From NCBI RefSeq assembly GCF_009914755.1, contig NC_060933.1: 64,000 nt of DNA; one strand, written 5' to 3'. A program made the position numbers and the translations under genes. Numbering within the stretch: the stretch's first letter is position 1; each line of letters begins with the position of its first letter. The notes beneath the pieces were generated by a model. That model searched no databases and was not told the origin of the DNA. It saw nothing but the letters and a program-made list of their open reading frames with translations. This document shows positions 16,451 to 31,060 of the stretch, piece by piece. The stretch comes from the human T2T-CHM13v2.0 reference genome, Homo sapiens.

Positions 16451-16894
16451 GATCTACACGTTCTTTTCTCATAATAGTTATTATGCACTAAAGTTTTTTG
16501 CTATAAGGGCTTTCAAATTATATCACTCTTTAGACAACTCTTTGTTTTTCCGGTGCTTTCTAGCTCACTAGTGTATACTACATAAGTACGCCATAAAAAG
16601 TGGTATTTCAGCATTATGGCACCAGGCAAAGATGCACTTACTAATTTACATGAAACAATATTTCTAATCCAAAAATATATTATGAAGCAAATTAGATTAA
16701 CCTGAAAATGTTTTGCTTTACATTCATGTGCCTAAAAGAAAAATGTATGGGTAGAATCTTCCACAAGTCTTTAGCCCATCATGTTGAAGGGCTTTTTCTC
16801 AAGTGTTTTGTATTGCACTCATATTAGCTTATATTTGGCTCTAAAAGTGTTTCATTTTTGTTTTGTTTTCTGTGTTATAACTTTTTATTTATTT

Positions 16895-17197
<303 letters not shown>

Positions 17198-18014
17198 AAC
17201 TTTTTATTTATTTTAAATTTATATTTAAATACTGTTTGAGGGAAAGCTGAGCATTACCCCTAAAATATTACCCCCACCTCCATTTAAAGAGGTTTCTTCA
17301 CATCCTACCTACACTACCAACTGTCCGCTATAAACTGGTCACTACTTTCTTTGGAAAAAGCAATCAACCATGAATAATGCACTTGATTGTATTCAAACAC
17401 ATTGATCTTCAGTCACCGGGATCCGACCTATTGCCTTGACTGATCTTTGTCTCTGTAGCTTTTATTTCTTCCACCTAGATCTAACTCTTTATCATTTATT
17501 TTCCTTCATCATTGTGAGGAAAAAATGGTATCTCCTTCAGACTTTTCTTAGCATATTACCTACCAATGGTCATTCTCAGGTCAGGGAATATGCTGTAAAT
17601 TCATAAACAAAAGTACGCAAAGTTTATTTGGAAATTTAATGAATGTGCACTCAAAAAAAGCTTATAATGTGTTTCCTAGGTGTTCAGTGGTTGAATAGAT
17701 ACAAAATTGGTAGCTAACACAAAATTAAACTAATTTTTTTCATTTTTACAATATGAATAAAATTATTTGAAATGTAAGAAGTGCTTTCTGTCTCACTGTG
17801 AGAACACACTATTAGCTCTTCCAAAAACGTGGCAGCGAGAGCCTTCCTAATTCTTGTACCCTAGGTGCCTAGTTTGCCTTACTCTAGCTCAGTCCGGCCT
17901 TTTCCATTAATCCTCATCCATTATTATTTATTATGTTTCTTATTGTCTTTGTGTAGACTAAAAATAAAAACTTCTTTAGCTTTTTTTTTTAATCTCATCT
18001 ACCTAATATAGAAG

Positions 18015-18395
18015 CATAGATTAGGATTAACATGACTGAATTTGAAAGCCCTGTTATCTGGCTTCAGTATTGACTCCACTACTTACCCAAAGTATTAGGT
18101 TGGCCCAAAAGTAATTGTGGTTTTTCCCATTACTTTTAATTGGTTTTTCCAATTACTTTTGTGGAAAAGCTTCAAAAGTAATTACTTTTAATGGAAAAAC
18201 TGCAATTACTTTTGCACCAACCTAATACTAACATGGACAAATTGTTTAACATGATTAGGCCTTGTTCTACTCATCTGTAAAGTGAGAATAATAATGTTCT
18301 TTAATCATAGGTGTGTAGCAAATGTTAAAAGTGTTCACACATATTTTTAAAAGTGGTATGAACCATTGTAAGTGCTCTTCAAAAGTTAACTATTA
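18015..18395 (+). mobile_element. MIR interrupted by MADE1
   Basis: ccactacttac..| MADE1 |..tactcatctgtaaagtgagaataataat..gtaagtgctc. Confidence 0.65.
18095..18225. mobile_element. MADE1 mariner MITE, expanded to 131 bp
   Basis: TIRs TTAGGTTGG..AAAAGTAATTG / CAATTACTTTTGCACCAACCTAA; TA TSD at 18093-94 / 18226-27. Confidence 0.92.
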
Positions 18396-21300
18396 TAAAA
18401 CTATGATTTTATTTAAAGGACTTTTCTATTGCTCAACACTTCAGTTTCACTAATTATCAAATCTTCACTTAATGACTATGCTTCCGATAACTACCTCAGA
18501 GGTGTGGATTTACTTTTTTCTTCAACCTGTTTTTAGCTCACGTGATTTAATGTATACGAATTCATGGGAAAAAATAAAATTCCCTTTTGGATACAGACAA
18601 GTTAAGTATAAATATAAATAAAATAAATGGAGAGAACTTCTGCTTTTATAAAAGTTGACCCCTTCTGTGATTGATGTCTGCATTTTTCCCATTACTATGA
18701 AGTACCATTAAACATTTTCCTCGACCCAATCTCAAGGAGTAGGTATATATGTTTTCCTTGAAGTTTAAATATATTTTGATAAATAAAAATTTTTTGGTTG
18801 GTTTCTTTAGCAATCATTCAAACTATAATCTGATGAATGCTTCAATCTGGTACAACTGTTTAATGGAAAAAATAGTGGTGTATTATGTTTTTCCATATAA
18901 CATATCATTTATGAGAAAATAAAAATAGCTAAATGTTCAATATTATTTTATAATATCTTCGATAAACCTTTGACAAACAAACATAAAATAAAATTTTTAG
19001 GATAATTTAACCAAGATAGTCATATTCTATTATTTAAAAAATGTTTTATGAATCAGTAAAGAAAATTATGAATTCTACATCAAACTCTTCAGGATTTGTT
19101 TGTCATGACTAGTCTCAACAAAATTTACTCTTGTGGAGATGATAATTCCTGTCTATAGTCCTGAAATATTATGATCCAAAGTAGAAATTTGGGGTATAGA
19201 TGAAAGTTCAGGGAGCCTGTTAGGCTCAGTGTATGTAGTCCAAAATCCATTCTGTATTTCTGCATACATTGTCTCTCTACAATTGCACAATATAAATTTG
19301 AAGTTTCTCCATTACAAAGAAGAATTTGTGGATGCAATTGAACCATGCTATAATTTAAAATTATGTAATCTATTATTGAGGCTTATGCAAAGCTGATGTT
19401 AAATATTTATTAGATGAAATAAGTAAATAATATGGACAGAATGCCAGTCTGACCAGTAAACGTTAGAATCATGGTATCTTCACAAATTCAAGGCTTTTTC
19501 AGTTTTACTTAATGTTTATCAATTAAACACAAGATAAACTCACACTTAGTAGCTGTCCAAAAGGTGATACTATAATTCCTAGTAATAATTGAAATGAGAA
19601 AAGTTTCAATTTAATGCATCAATTAATTTCAAATAAATTGTTTATTGTATTTTATTGTTTGAAAACAATTTATCTTCTGAAGAAGTTTTAAATACTCTCT
19701 TTACAATCCTATTTGCATTATTAATTTCCTTAACTAAATCTATGTAAACATCAGTTTGTCTGTATTCCAATAAAGGGAAGTTTAATTTGCTTTTACTGTT
19801 TTCTGTTGTTTTCCTTTCGTCATACTGGGAACATGAGAATATGACTTTGTTGATTGTTAACAGCCTGTAATACCCCAGTGTTTTGTCACTCATAAAGGGA
19901 GCAGGCAATGGTTGTTTTGTGGGTAGTCCATGTGAATGTATTTATTGCTTGAGAAACTACTTATCAAGTACTTGTCTATGTGCTGAAGGCTGCTAACAAC
20001 AAATCTCTCTTTTCTTTTCACTTTGTTATGTCCTTGGCTCTGTTTTCATAACATAAGTTGTAAGAAAGGTTGAGAAAGAATTCTTCTTGATTTGCCATGA
20101 GAGTAAAAATTTGCAATATAAATCTCTCTAGCTTTAAGATATTGTGACCTCAACTGAAGAGGCACCGTGGGGAAAAGGTGTTAATGGGCTAAAAAGAAAA
20201 ATGCAGAGAGATTAACAAAACAGACTCCAGAAACACTCAAAAGACTCTAAAGTCAAGACCTCAATCACTATGTTTCTAAAGCAGGAAGCATTTTTTAATG
20301 GTACAGGAATAGCAACTTCAAGGCACTCAAACCATTTTCCCCATTAATATAAGTAGGGTAGTCAAGATGATTCATTTACAAATCTAAAGGAAGAACTCAT
20401 ATATTATGTGAAAATGTGGTAGCCAATCCCAGACTCTTAAATGAGAGATGAGGAAAGGTCATACTGGCTGATTAAAACACTATTCCTGTCAAATAATGTT
20501 TCAACATTATTTAAAATGCACTGAAATAAAGAAATAAACTCTCAAATCTAAATTTAAGATTTACATACAGTCAACTAGGCTCTGTGCTTCCTGACTTCCT
20601 GCATGTGCTTTCTTTGATCTTTCCAAAAACTATACCAAAAGTTAATGGAGCAGTCTGCAAAGTTCTGAGGAAAATAAAATATGACTCAAAAAGAAAATAT
20701 GCAATTGCATGGTTAAACAATAAAGGCAATATAGACAGATACTCTTAACAGAAGTTAAAACCTCTCAGTCCTTCATCATAAATGAACAAGAAAAAGGAGA
20801 ACTAAAACCCTTCATAACAAAACCGAATCCAGTGATAAATCTAAATAAATTAGGAAAAGAAGCTATGACAAAGTGATATGGTGAGTCCACACCTGGGATT
20901 AATACTAAACAACTCAGAGGAAAAAGGCTTACTTTCTATAATATGGAAAACATAAACCATATTAACGTAAAAGTGTTAGCAACACTCAGGCATGAGGAGA
21001 AGAAAAATGAGAGGCAATGTAAAAAGCGTAATTTATCTTTCAGAGCAGTGGATGAAACAGTACTTTCCAAATTTGAAACATGGTGTTTTAAAAATGAGTA
21101 CCATATCTAAATGTAATCTTTTAAATTTACCCTGGAGTAATATTCAAGTAAGTACAACCTACTAAATATTTATTTGAAATTTAACAGTTAATTTGGTTTG
21201 TGTTTTTTTTTCTTATAAAGTACAGCAAAATCAAATTTGATTTTTTGTATAAAAAGACAGTTCTTATAGTAAAAACGGTAAAATATAATTTTCATTTTGG

Positions 21301-21547
21301 TGTCTGCCTATTAATTTAGCTCTCACTCTATGTTTCCATTTGTATTTATGCAAAGAAATGTCTGAAAGTATATTCAAATGAGTTGATGATGGTTATTTCT
21401 CATTGGAGGAATTTCAGGCTTAGTTTTCCTTTGTATTTTGTACATGGTTTGAATTACTTAATACCGTAATATTTGCAGAATCATGGATTCATTATTTTTT
21501 AGAAACAAAATGTACATTCTAACAGATGGTCTACTTAAGATACAAGA

Positions 21548-21791
21548 GCCAGGTTCTGTGGCTCACACCTGTAATCTCAGCACTTTGGGAGGCTGAGGCA
21601 GGAAGATGGCTTGAGTCAAGAGTTCATAACCAGCCTGGACAACATAGTGAGACCTCATCTCTACAAAACATCAAAATGTGAGGTGAAAGGATTGCTTGAA
21701 CCAAGGAGGTTAAAGTTGTAATGAACAGTGATTATTACACCACTGCCTTCCCACCACCTTGGTGGCAGAGTGAGAACCTCCGTCAAAATAA
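21548..21791 (+). mobile_element. AluJ with an internal deletion at the start of the right arm
   Basis: Left arm, then a truncated right arm. TSD AAGATACAAGA at 21537-47 / 21792-802. Confidence 0.85.
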
Positions 21792-23050
21792 AAGATACAA
21801 GAAATGTCTAAACATTTTTTGCTGTATCTTTGAAATTATATCTTAGTCTAAATATTTCACTTCTCTGATTTTTAAAATTTGTTCTTGGACAATTTTTTTC
21901 AGACCTTCACAAACATGAGCTCTTTCTGTCAGCATGAAATAAATAGCCTATACTCAAAGTTGAATAAATTTGCATAAATTGCTTATCGTCTTTGAGACTG
22001 TTTTATTCTCTACACAAAATGGGAATGAAAACACTTTACAGGGTCACTTAAAAAAGTAAATTATTATAATATTTTCCTAGAGTCTGCATTTGAATTTTTT
22101 GAAACCAGTTTATATGGGATTGCATATGCGTTCTGTTATAAATGCCTTTCTGAAGGAAGAACTGCCCTGAAACAATACTTTTTCTTCAGGATTAAGGAAG
22201 AAAAACAAAATCAGAAATGGGTTGGGGGTGCAATTCGGCGTAGCAACTTCATGTATTTGCTGTCTATTTCACTTCAAACATCAACCATAACAAAACAAAC
22301 TAATGGTAAACATGCAGTGAACAAAGTTAAACTCTGATGGAAATGCTACCCATTTACTCTGAGTGTATGTAATAAATTTATCTTGTTCATAAGGCACAAT
22401 ATGAACTTACATTTTACATGACAGTAAATATAATCTCATTTTTCATTTGTCACCTCATCTCTAAAATAAACGTTTGTACATTGTAGCACTCTTTTTTTCT
22501 TTTTCCCAGAAAAAGAGAAAATAATTTAGAAAAGTAAGGGAGGAAAAGAGGGAGGGATGGTAAAAGTAAAGAAAAGAAAAGGAAGGAAAAAACGAAGGAA
22601 GGAAGGAACCATCTATTAGTACTAAAACCAACATGACAGTAATTTTAAGTAGTGAGTACTTCATTTTTTTATATCTCATTTTATATTTTACAAAAGATTT
22701 TCCTTTGTCTAAGCCTTTATGCTTTCTTCACACATGCACTGAATCTAGTAAATTAATTCATGTTAAAAATCTTAATTTGATATGACTATTCTATGTAATT
22801 TATTATATTTCACTGAAACAGAATTATATGCAATAAATTAAAATAATGTAATACTCCTATATTAACTTTTCATATTTCTAAGGAATTATTGAACACACTT
22901 GATCAGGTATGATCCAAGCACATTCTAAAATTTTGTTTCCTTAATTATTGAATTTTTTTGCCATCTTCTATTTTTGAAATAATATTTTACAAATAATCAA
23001 GTGAAAATCATCTAAGAAATACAAAAACATTTTATGAGCAGTTATCTTTT

Positions 23051-23229
23051 CTATATTTCATAGACTCCATTTTTCATATTATAATCTCTGAAATTGAAAT
23101 GCAATTTATCATCAACGGTTTCATACCATTTTGCCATATGTAGTAAGACTGGCATTTTATTTTCTTTGGTATTCACAACATAGCAGTACATCTCATAAAT
23201 AACGTGTCTTTGTTTTGATGAAATATAAT
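23051..23229. mobile_element. MER104-like TcMar-Tc2 MITE
   Basis: ctatatttcatag..tctctgaaattgaaatgc..ttttgatgaaatata, with inverted ends. Confidence 0.55.
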
Positions 23230-24351
23230 ATTTGATAGCTCAAAAATACATTACATATTGATTGGCAATTGTTGGTTATTACTGAGGAGGGGTAAGTTTG
23301 TAAAATATATTTTGACCTTAGAATTAGTTTTTTTGCTCATTTTCTAAAAATTGGAGTTACCATTTTGTTATTAATTCAGAATAATATTTGTATAATAAAG
23401 ATAAAGCCCATTATGTTGCAAGTTTTCTGTTATTTTTTCATGATTTTTGAATGTTTTTCATATTTTGACAAACAATATGTGTTGTTCAATCATTCTGCCA
23501 TGCTCCAAATGTGTATTACTGAATGTATGTTTTGTTTGATGTCTTTTTTCTCATATTTCTGTCTCTTTTAAATATATGTATTTTTATCTTGGTCTGTTTG
23601 TTAGTTAAAGCTCAGGTATAGTGTATACTTTTGCCTTGACCCATTGTGGAGGAAGGAGGCATGCTGCTGGTCTCAATCTGAGGTACTAGAGAAATCATTC
23701 CTATTCCTTAATGTCTTCAGAGCCTTGGAACCTCAGTGGCAAAATGTTTTAATTTCTTAAATGAATCATTCAGCCATTTCGTTGCTTCTCTAAAAATGAA
23801 AGAGCTATTGAGCTGACGTTGACCATCCTTCTTAGAGGTCACAGAGATCTAGGATCAGGCTTTTCCCTAAACCCAACACTTAATCTTAATTCTAGACATA
23901 TCAGTGTTGCTCTCTTGATGGCCAGTCCAGATCACAAGGGAAAAATGTCTGTTTCCTTCTGTAGCTTAAGTAGCAAATACAATTTCACTTGCAACCTACT
24001 CTTTGCAACTCAGCATCTATTTTACCCTGGAGAAAGATAATCTAGAGTTAGTGGTGCAGGAAATGAGTTGATTTTATGTCCTATTTTTTTCTCCCATAAT
24101 TCTCTGCATCGGGTGTATTTGCATTTTTTATGATTCATTCTCATGTATACAAACAGAGCCTACTAATCTCAGGGATATAATAAATACTAACCACATATAC
24201 CCTTATATTTCCAATATTTAAATATTTTCATTTTGTTCATTTGTCTTTCCAGTCCATTGGCTAATTTTTAAAGTGTTGGGTGTAGAAATAACTTTTTCAT
24301 GTAGGTTTGTTGTTGTTGTTGTTGTTATTGAGTTTTCCCCAAACATAACCA

Positions 24352-24428
24352 TAAAACCATATTTTAAATGTACTTATAATCCCCATTTATATTTTAAAAC
24401 CATATTTTAAATGTACTTATAATCCCCA
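24352..24428. repeat. 43-bp-period tandem duplication
   Basis: taaaaccatattttaaatgtacttataatcccca at 24352 and 24395. Confidence 0.9.
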
Positions 24429-25528
24429 TACATTTATATTTCTTTAATGTGCAGAATGATTTGAAGTTTTATATATCTATAATTAATCTACTTTCTTATT
24501 TGATTTTTAGTATGTGCTTGTCTTTGTTACATTATTTTTGTGATTATATGTGAAATTATTTTAAATCAAAAAAATTCCCCAAATTAACATATGATAGTAA
24601 TCACATGAGTTATAAATTAATTTGGTAGAAATTTTTGAAATCTTTACTTTTCAGTCTAGTGACTGATACTTAGATTATGTTTATATTTAACAAATTTTTA
24701 TATTTCTCTTTATTAAGCTACTGTTAGGTTAGTTCTTTTTTCATTGTTGAGTTTTTAAGAACTAAGTTGTGAAAATTTACCTATATATTTTCTATGGATA
24801 GTATATATATATATATAACACTTGGCTTAACTTGGCCAAAAGAATGCCCCCCAACCCACTCCCCCTAAAATTTGTCTTATATATTTAATAAAGGGAATAT
24901 ATTTAAAAACTAATGATAAAATAATTTTAATGTTTAAAATTAGCCAAAATACAGAATAATTTGTTTACTAATTCATCTCATTTATGCATGATTTTCTTGT
25001 CTCTCTTAGGTTGAAATTTATTCTTATTGCAAATGAAGTTAGCTTGATTCATCCTTTCTTAAAGTCATATATATTTTTTATAGCTTTATCGCAGTTCAGA
25101 AAAATGAAGGCAATGAAGAAAAAGTTAATTCATGGGAGGTGTGATTATTCGTGAATTTTACATATTTAATGTAAATTATATGGTATTCTTAATATGCATA
25201 TATAGCTTATATTAATAGGTAATCATACATCAAGGGAGAATCATAATATAAGTATTGCATAAGGAAGTAAATATAGCTCTCTAGTATTATTTTAATGGTT
25301 ATGCATTATATAAATACACATTTTCTATAATCAAATTAAGATTAATAAGTTCTAATATACAAACTTATTTTTTCATCTTTGCAACCAGTTCTGGATTTTG
25401 CATTCTTGGTCATGTATCTACACAAAATTGTATACTTGCTCATTAGAATACATTTCTAGAATTGTGATGTATGGATCAAATGGTAGATGGATTTTAAATT
25501 ACTTAAAAGTATATTCTTAGCATATTCT

Positions 25529-25660
25529 TAGGATTTGGCCACTGCAAACAGCCAGGGATGCCAGCTGTGGAGGCGCAGTCAGCTCCAGGTGCCGGCATGG
25601 TTGCCAGCTCCCTGTGAGGCTTTGGCTGGACCGGGCATACCATAAGCAGCTTCCACAGCT
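25529..25660 (-). mobile_element. Orphan 132-bp internal MER52 fragment
   Basis: Ungapped match to 26120-26251 with 16 mismatches. Confidence 0.9.
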
Positions 25661-25926
25661 TAGTTTTTATCAAGAAAGGTAACAGCAATGAAACTATTTA
25701 AGTGATTAATAGCATTAACTAGACAAAGAATTCAAAAGAAGGATAAATTGTATAGGAAGTGAATAAATTGTTAAATGTATCTAGTAGATGCCTGTTGCGT
25801 GAAGTTAGTGAAACCACGGAAACATGGATAGGTCACTAAGACTTTTCAAGGAATAAATAAATTACTCCGGAGAAAATTATAGCCTGATTACATTCCATAC
25901 CCTATGAAAGTTATATAAGTTCTTAT

Positions 25927-27485
25927 TGTCAAGGGATTTTTGGGGCAATGTTTTATCGGCTGGAAACCTCTATGGCCAGTGGCACCTATGCCTGAGTTAT
26001 GCTTGGGCCCGCTGGGCTTGTTCCACCCACTTGGCCTGGCAGGCTGCGTTTGGCTCACGCTACTGGACTGGATCCCACACCTGCCAGGCATGGAACGGCC
26101 ACGGGTGTGTGTGGGAGCATAGGATCTGGCCACTGCGCACAGCCAGGGATGCTAGCTGTGGAAGGGCGGGCAGTTCCAGGTGCCGGCATGGGTGCCAGCT
26201 CCCTGCAAGGCTGTGGCTGGACCAGGCATACCATAAGCAGCTTCCATGGCTGGCACCTGGGAATGCAGTGGTGTTTGGAAGCCTGGAGACACCAGGAACT
26301 GCAGAGCCCCAAAGAGGGTGTGACAGCCCTGGCTCAGAGAGCTCCCAGGTCTGGGATCCTCAAAGGGCCGCAGCTGCTTCTCTCCTTCTTGCTGCCTGCA
26401 ATGTGGCGAGCAAGGGGCAGTTTCAGCTTTATTTGTGTTACAGCTCTTTCAGCCCTGCCATTCGGTGGGTTCCAAGTTCTTGTCCTGCCATTCAGGAAGA
26501 ATGAGGTACGCGGACAAGTGGTGAGTGAGGAAGGTGAAGAAGAGCTCTGTTGAGGGACAGAACAGCTCAGAGGAGACCCACACTGGGTAGTTTCTCTCCA
26601 CAGGCGGGTTGTCCTGACAAATGTTTAGCTTTCAGAAGAGAGGAGACCCTAAAATGGGTAGCTCCTCTCTACAACTGGTCATCCTGTAGTCTCAAGTCTG
26701 ACTGATTCCAGGGCTTTTATGGGCCTTGGAGGGGAAGAAGTGCATGTCGATTGGTTCATGGGTGGCCATGGTGGGCCTGGAAAAAGTATGCCCAAGTTTC
26801 ACCTCGGGTCTGCAGGACCAGCAGCCCAGCCCCCAGGCTTTAGGCTCTCCCAGGCTTGAAGGTGGGGCTTCAACAGGGACCCACCTCCTTCCGCCCAGGA
26901 GCCTGGCTGCCTCCTGCCACCTGTTTGTGACAAGGGTGTCTGCAAGTCAGCTCCCAGCTGTCCTCAGCCCCCTCTCAGCCTCACTCCCATGCTCATCAGT
27001 GCCCAAAGTCCAGAAGAGGCCAAGATGGCAGAAGGCTGGCATGCCAGCACTGCTCCGAGTGTGTGAACACCCGCCCAGGCTGCAACAGCATCCAGGTTTG
27101 GCCCCAACCTCACACCAAGAGTGGAGCAGGAGCTGAGAGTGGGGAGAGGCCAGGAAGCAGGAGCAGACACCTCTGAGCCTGTGGGAATGGGGGCGCCTTC
27201 TCAGGACTCTGAGAATGCCGAGTTGCTCAGGTCTGCAGTCACAGTTTGGGCAGTTGCAGTTGTGCCTGGGAGGGCAGGGCTCCCACCTGCTCCCAGCCTC
27301 CAAGAGCACAGGGAGGCCCAGGTCTGCAGCTGTGCCTGGGTGGTTGCAGCTGTGCCTGGGAGGGCAGGGCTCCTGCCTGCTCCCGGCTCCCACTGGCTCC
27401 ACTGAGCATGCAGCCCAGCCATGCCTCCCCTGCTGCAGCCACCCTCTTGGCAGTGGCTGCTCCAGATGGGCTGCTGCTGCCATCA
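25927..27485 (-). mobile_element. MER52 (ERV1) solo LTR
   Basis: TG..CA termini, 4-bp TSD TTAT (25923-26 / 27486-89), GC-rich body homologous to 31203-31758 + 40152-41243. Orientation inferred from the minus-strand AATAAA in the sister copy. Confidence 0.85.
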
Positions 27486-30400
27486 TTATAGTTGAAATTT
27501 GACCAAATAGATATATGGTCCATCTGAAACCAAACCACTGAAGTAGCACAAATCAGGTTATGGGATACCTTCCCTGCGTTAATCAGAGTATAGCAAAAAT
27601 AAATGTATATATCAAAAGGAAATGTGAGAAAATAGTGTTAGAGAAATGTGGTTTTATTGGCTAAAATATAGAAGGAATCCTGGCGAAGTTTGAGTGAACA
27701 CAGTGCAATAGGGAAAGAATGGTGTCATGAAGGAAGGACTGGCAGTCATGCAGAGCAGATTTTCTTTGATCCTCCTGTAAACAACAAAGCTTCTCAGCAT
27801 TTGCTATTTCTCCCAATGAATTAGGTGAAAGTCCACTCATAATCATGAATCAGAAAGTCTCTCGCCTGCATTGTCCCAGCCACTCTATTTTATAAAATTG
27901 TTGCCTGGAAGAAACTCTGGATGGAGAACGAGTGAAATTGATTCCCTCTGGTGTTTCACAGGATAGTTTGGAATCAGTAATATTTTATCAGTTTGAGCAC
28001 TAGGTTGTTCTCATGACTCTTTTCGTGTTACCCAGTAGTGTCAGGTTCCACGAAAGAAGGTAATGGGAGTAAAAGAGTTTGTAACACTTACAGTGTTCTG
28101 TGAGAAGTCATCCATAGCTGCGACACAGTGTTGTTGCCATTGGTTTTATCGTTGCCATTGCAAGAACTTAATGTCATTATTAATATTATTTGCTAATTTT
28201 TTTAGAGCACGGGCATTCCTTCACTTTCCTCTGCACAATATTCACTGCATCTGTTACTGGCTGATTTCCAGAACATATTTCATCTCTGAAGTCACATATA
28301 AAACTTGCATTGCCCAAGTCCCCTGTCTCATTGTCTCACTGTAGTCCTTCTCATCTCTACTCAGTTTCTCACCTTTGGATGATTTGCAATATTCTGCCTC
28401 AGATCTTGCCCCATCACTCACATGCTTTTGTCATGTGGAGTGATAACATGTCCTTGATCAAATCTTCCCTCTATCTGATTTCCTCTGCCTTATTAATAGA
28501 AATTTTCAAGTTTCAGAACTGTACAAGTCACCCTTCCCAGTTGTCTAAAGATAAGTATATCTATATTTCTTTAGTCATTTTAGGAGAAAGTGAAGAGAAG
28601 CACTTGCCTGAAATTATTGCCTGGAACTAGAATCTTTGCTACAGTATTTTTGCCCTTCTGCAAGAAAGAAAAATGTTATTTGAGTGAAACAAATTCTTCT
28701 ATTATGGTATAATTAAAATTGTGTAAATTCTACACAGTGCCTGTAATGAAAAGTATACCAATCTTAATAATATGTGGATAATCACTTCAACTGGACAGAG
28801 GAAATTGGCTGGAGGTCATGTAGTGCTGTCTGTCTTCTCTCCCACTTGTCAGACTCTTCTTTTAAACCCAAATTGCTCTTATTTTGCTGTGTGGCATTTT
28901 GGGTTATTTTTTGCAGACAAATTTACTTTTTTAAACTGGAAGGGATATGAATTGCATCTAGGTGTTCATTTATGTGTTTGGAGCATTTATAGAAGCATAA
29001 AATTATATGTATAATAAAAGTTACAGAAGAATATGAAGAATTTCTGAAATATTTACCTAAAGAGCAGAGCATCTCTTCCTCGAGCAACTGCTATCATTTC
29101 CCTGCCATCTAGAGTGAATCTTTTATTCTCAGATTATTATTCCTCTCCTTACTCTTCCAACTTCCCTTATTATTCATATATCCCTTAAATAACACATTTT
29201 AAACCAAACTAAATGACAGCAGCTTTTATGTCACTATCACTTCTGCATATTTAGCCTTTTAAGGAGGAATACTTAACTGCTCAGTCTGCTGCGAAGGCAA
29301 CCATACAAGTTTTATCCTAATCACAAAGGTGTAAAGCCCTTAGGAAACCACAATCTCCTGAAGACACCAGTACAGGAAGTGCTAGAGATCTCTTAGGCCT
29401 GTTTAGACTCAGGATTCTCTAACACTTCCTACCCTGTGTTCCTATATTTGTCCACAGCACTTCAAAGGAAAGCCCTAGTACTACTCACCTGGAGGGTTTT
29501 TAATTTTTTTTTCACATGTAACAGGGCTTTTATGTTATCTTGATTTGTGCAGGTGTGGCATCTTACTGGTTCTCTGTTTTTCTTCCCCATTGCACTGATC
29601 TCTCTTTCCACTGTCTTTTACATACTTATTTTTTCATAACCACACTTTTATTTTGCCGAGAGTGTCACTTTATCTAGAAGAAAGGTTCCTCCTGTCAGTA
29701 CAGAGGCTCCACTGCAGGGCTTACAGCACTTGGTGTAGCAGAATGGTGAGGAGCTCACAGGGCAGGGAGCTACCTCCTGGGGAGGAAATGAAATCCCAAC
29801 CTGTTTTGAATGCTGTTGTACAGTCATGTATTGCATAAGAACTTTTCTTTCAACAATGGACCACATATAATACAGTGGTCCCATAATATTATCATTGAGC
29901 TGAAAATTCCTATCAGTTAATAACATTGTGGGTTTCTAAATGTCATAATACTTATTTATATAAAGAGTGAAACCTCAAGAAGAGCCTCAGGTAGTCTTTT
30001 AGGAGTTACTGCTGGAGAAGGCATTGTTATCACAGGAGATGACAGCTCCATGAATGTTGTTGCCACTGAAGACCTTCCAGTGGGACAAAGTGTAGAGATA
30101 GAAGACAGTGATATTGATCCTGACCCTGTGTAGGCCTATGCTAATATGTGTGTTTGAGTCTTAGTTTTTAACAAAATTTTTAAAAAAATAACTAATTAAT
30201 AACAATTTTTAAATAGAAAAAAATCATAGAATAAAGATATAAAGAAAATATTTTTGTGCAACTGTACAATGTATTGATGTTTTAAAATGAGTGCTACTAT
30301 AAAAGACTCATAAACTTCTTTAAAAATTAAAAGTTTATAAAGTAGAAATGTTTTAGTAAGCTAAAGTCAATTCATTATTGAAGAAAAAGTATTTAATATA

Positions 30401-30706
30401 AATTTGGATAGCCTCAGTGTACAGTATCGTAAAGCCTCCAGAACTGTAGACTAATGTTTTAGACCCTCACATTCACTCACCACTCACTAACTGACTCACC
30501 CAGAATAACTTTTAGTCCTGCAAGCTTTCTCTATGGTAAGTGTCCTGTACAAATGTACAATTTTAAAATATTTAGTACAATATATTTTACTGTATCTTTA
30601 TAAACATATCTATATTTAAATATGTTTAGATACACAAATACCATTGTGTTACAACTGCTTACAGTATTTAGTACAGTAACATGCTATACATGTTTGTAGT
30701 CTAGGA

Positions 30707-31060
30707 CAGCAGTCCCCAACCTTTTTGGCACCAGGGACAGGTTTTGTGGAAGATAATTTTTCCATGCATGGGGGGTTGTGGAATGGGTTGGGGAATGGTT
30801 TTGAAATGAAACTGTTCCACTTCAGATCATCAGGTATTAGTTAGATCCCCATAAGGAGCATGAAACCTAGATCCCTTGCTTGTGAACTTTGCAATAGGAT
30901 TCACGCTCCTAGGAGAATCTAATGCCACTGCTGATCGAGCAGGAGGTAGAGCTCAGGCAGTAATGCTTTCTCACCAGCCACTCACCTCCTGCTGTGTGGC
31001 CTGGTTCCTAACAGGCCACAAATCTGCACTGGTCCATGGCCCGGGGGTTGGGGACCCCCG
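30707..31060. mobile_element. MER1B (hAT-Charlie MITE) inserted in Tigger3b
   Basis: CAG..GTCCCCAACC / GGTTGGGGACCCCCG ends; 8-bp TSD GTCTAGGA / GCCTAGGA. Confidence 0.9.

Noticed and set aside
25888-27549. Many overlapping 60-200 aa ORFs
   Set aside because: A by-product of GC-rich, stop-poor MER52 LTR sequence, with no protein motifs. The same applies to 40229-41249.
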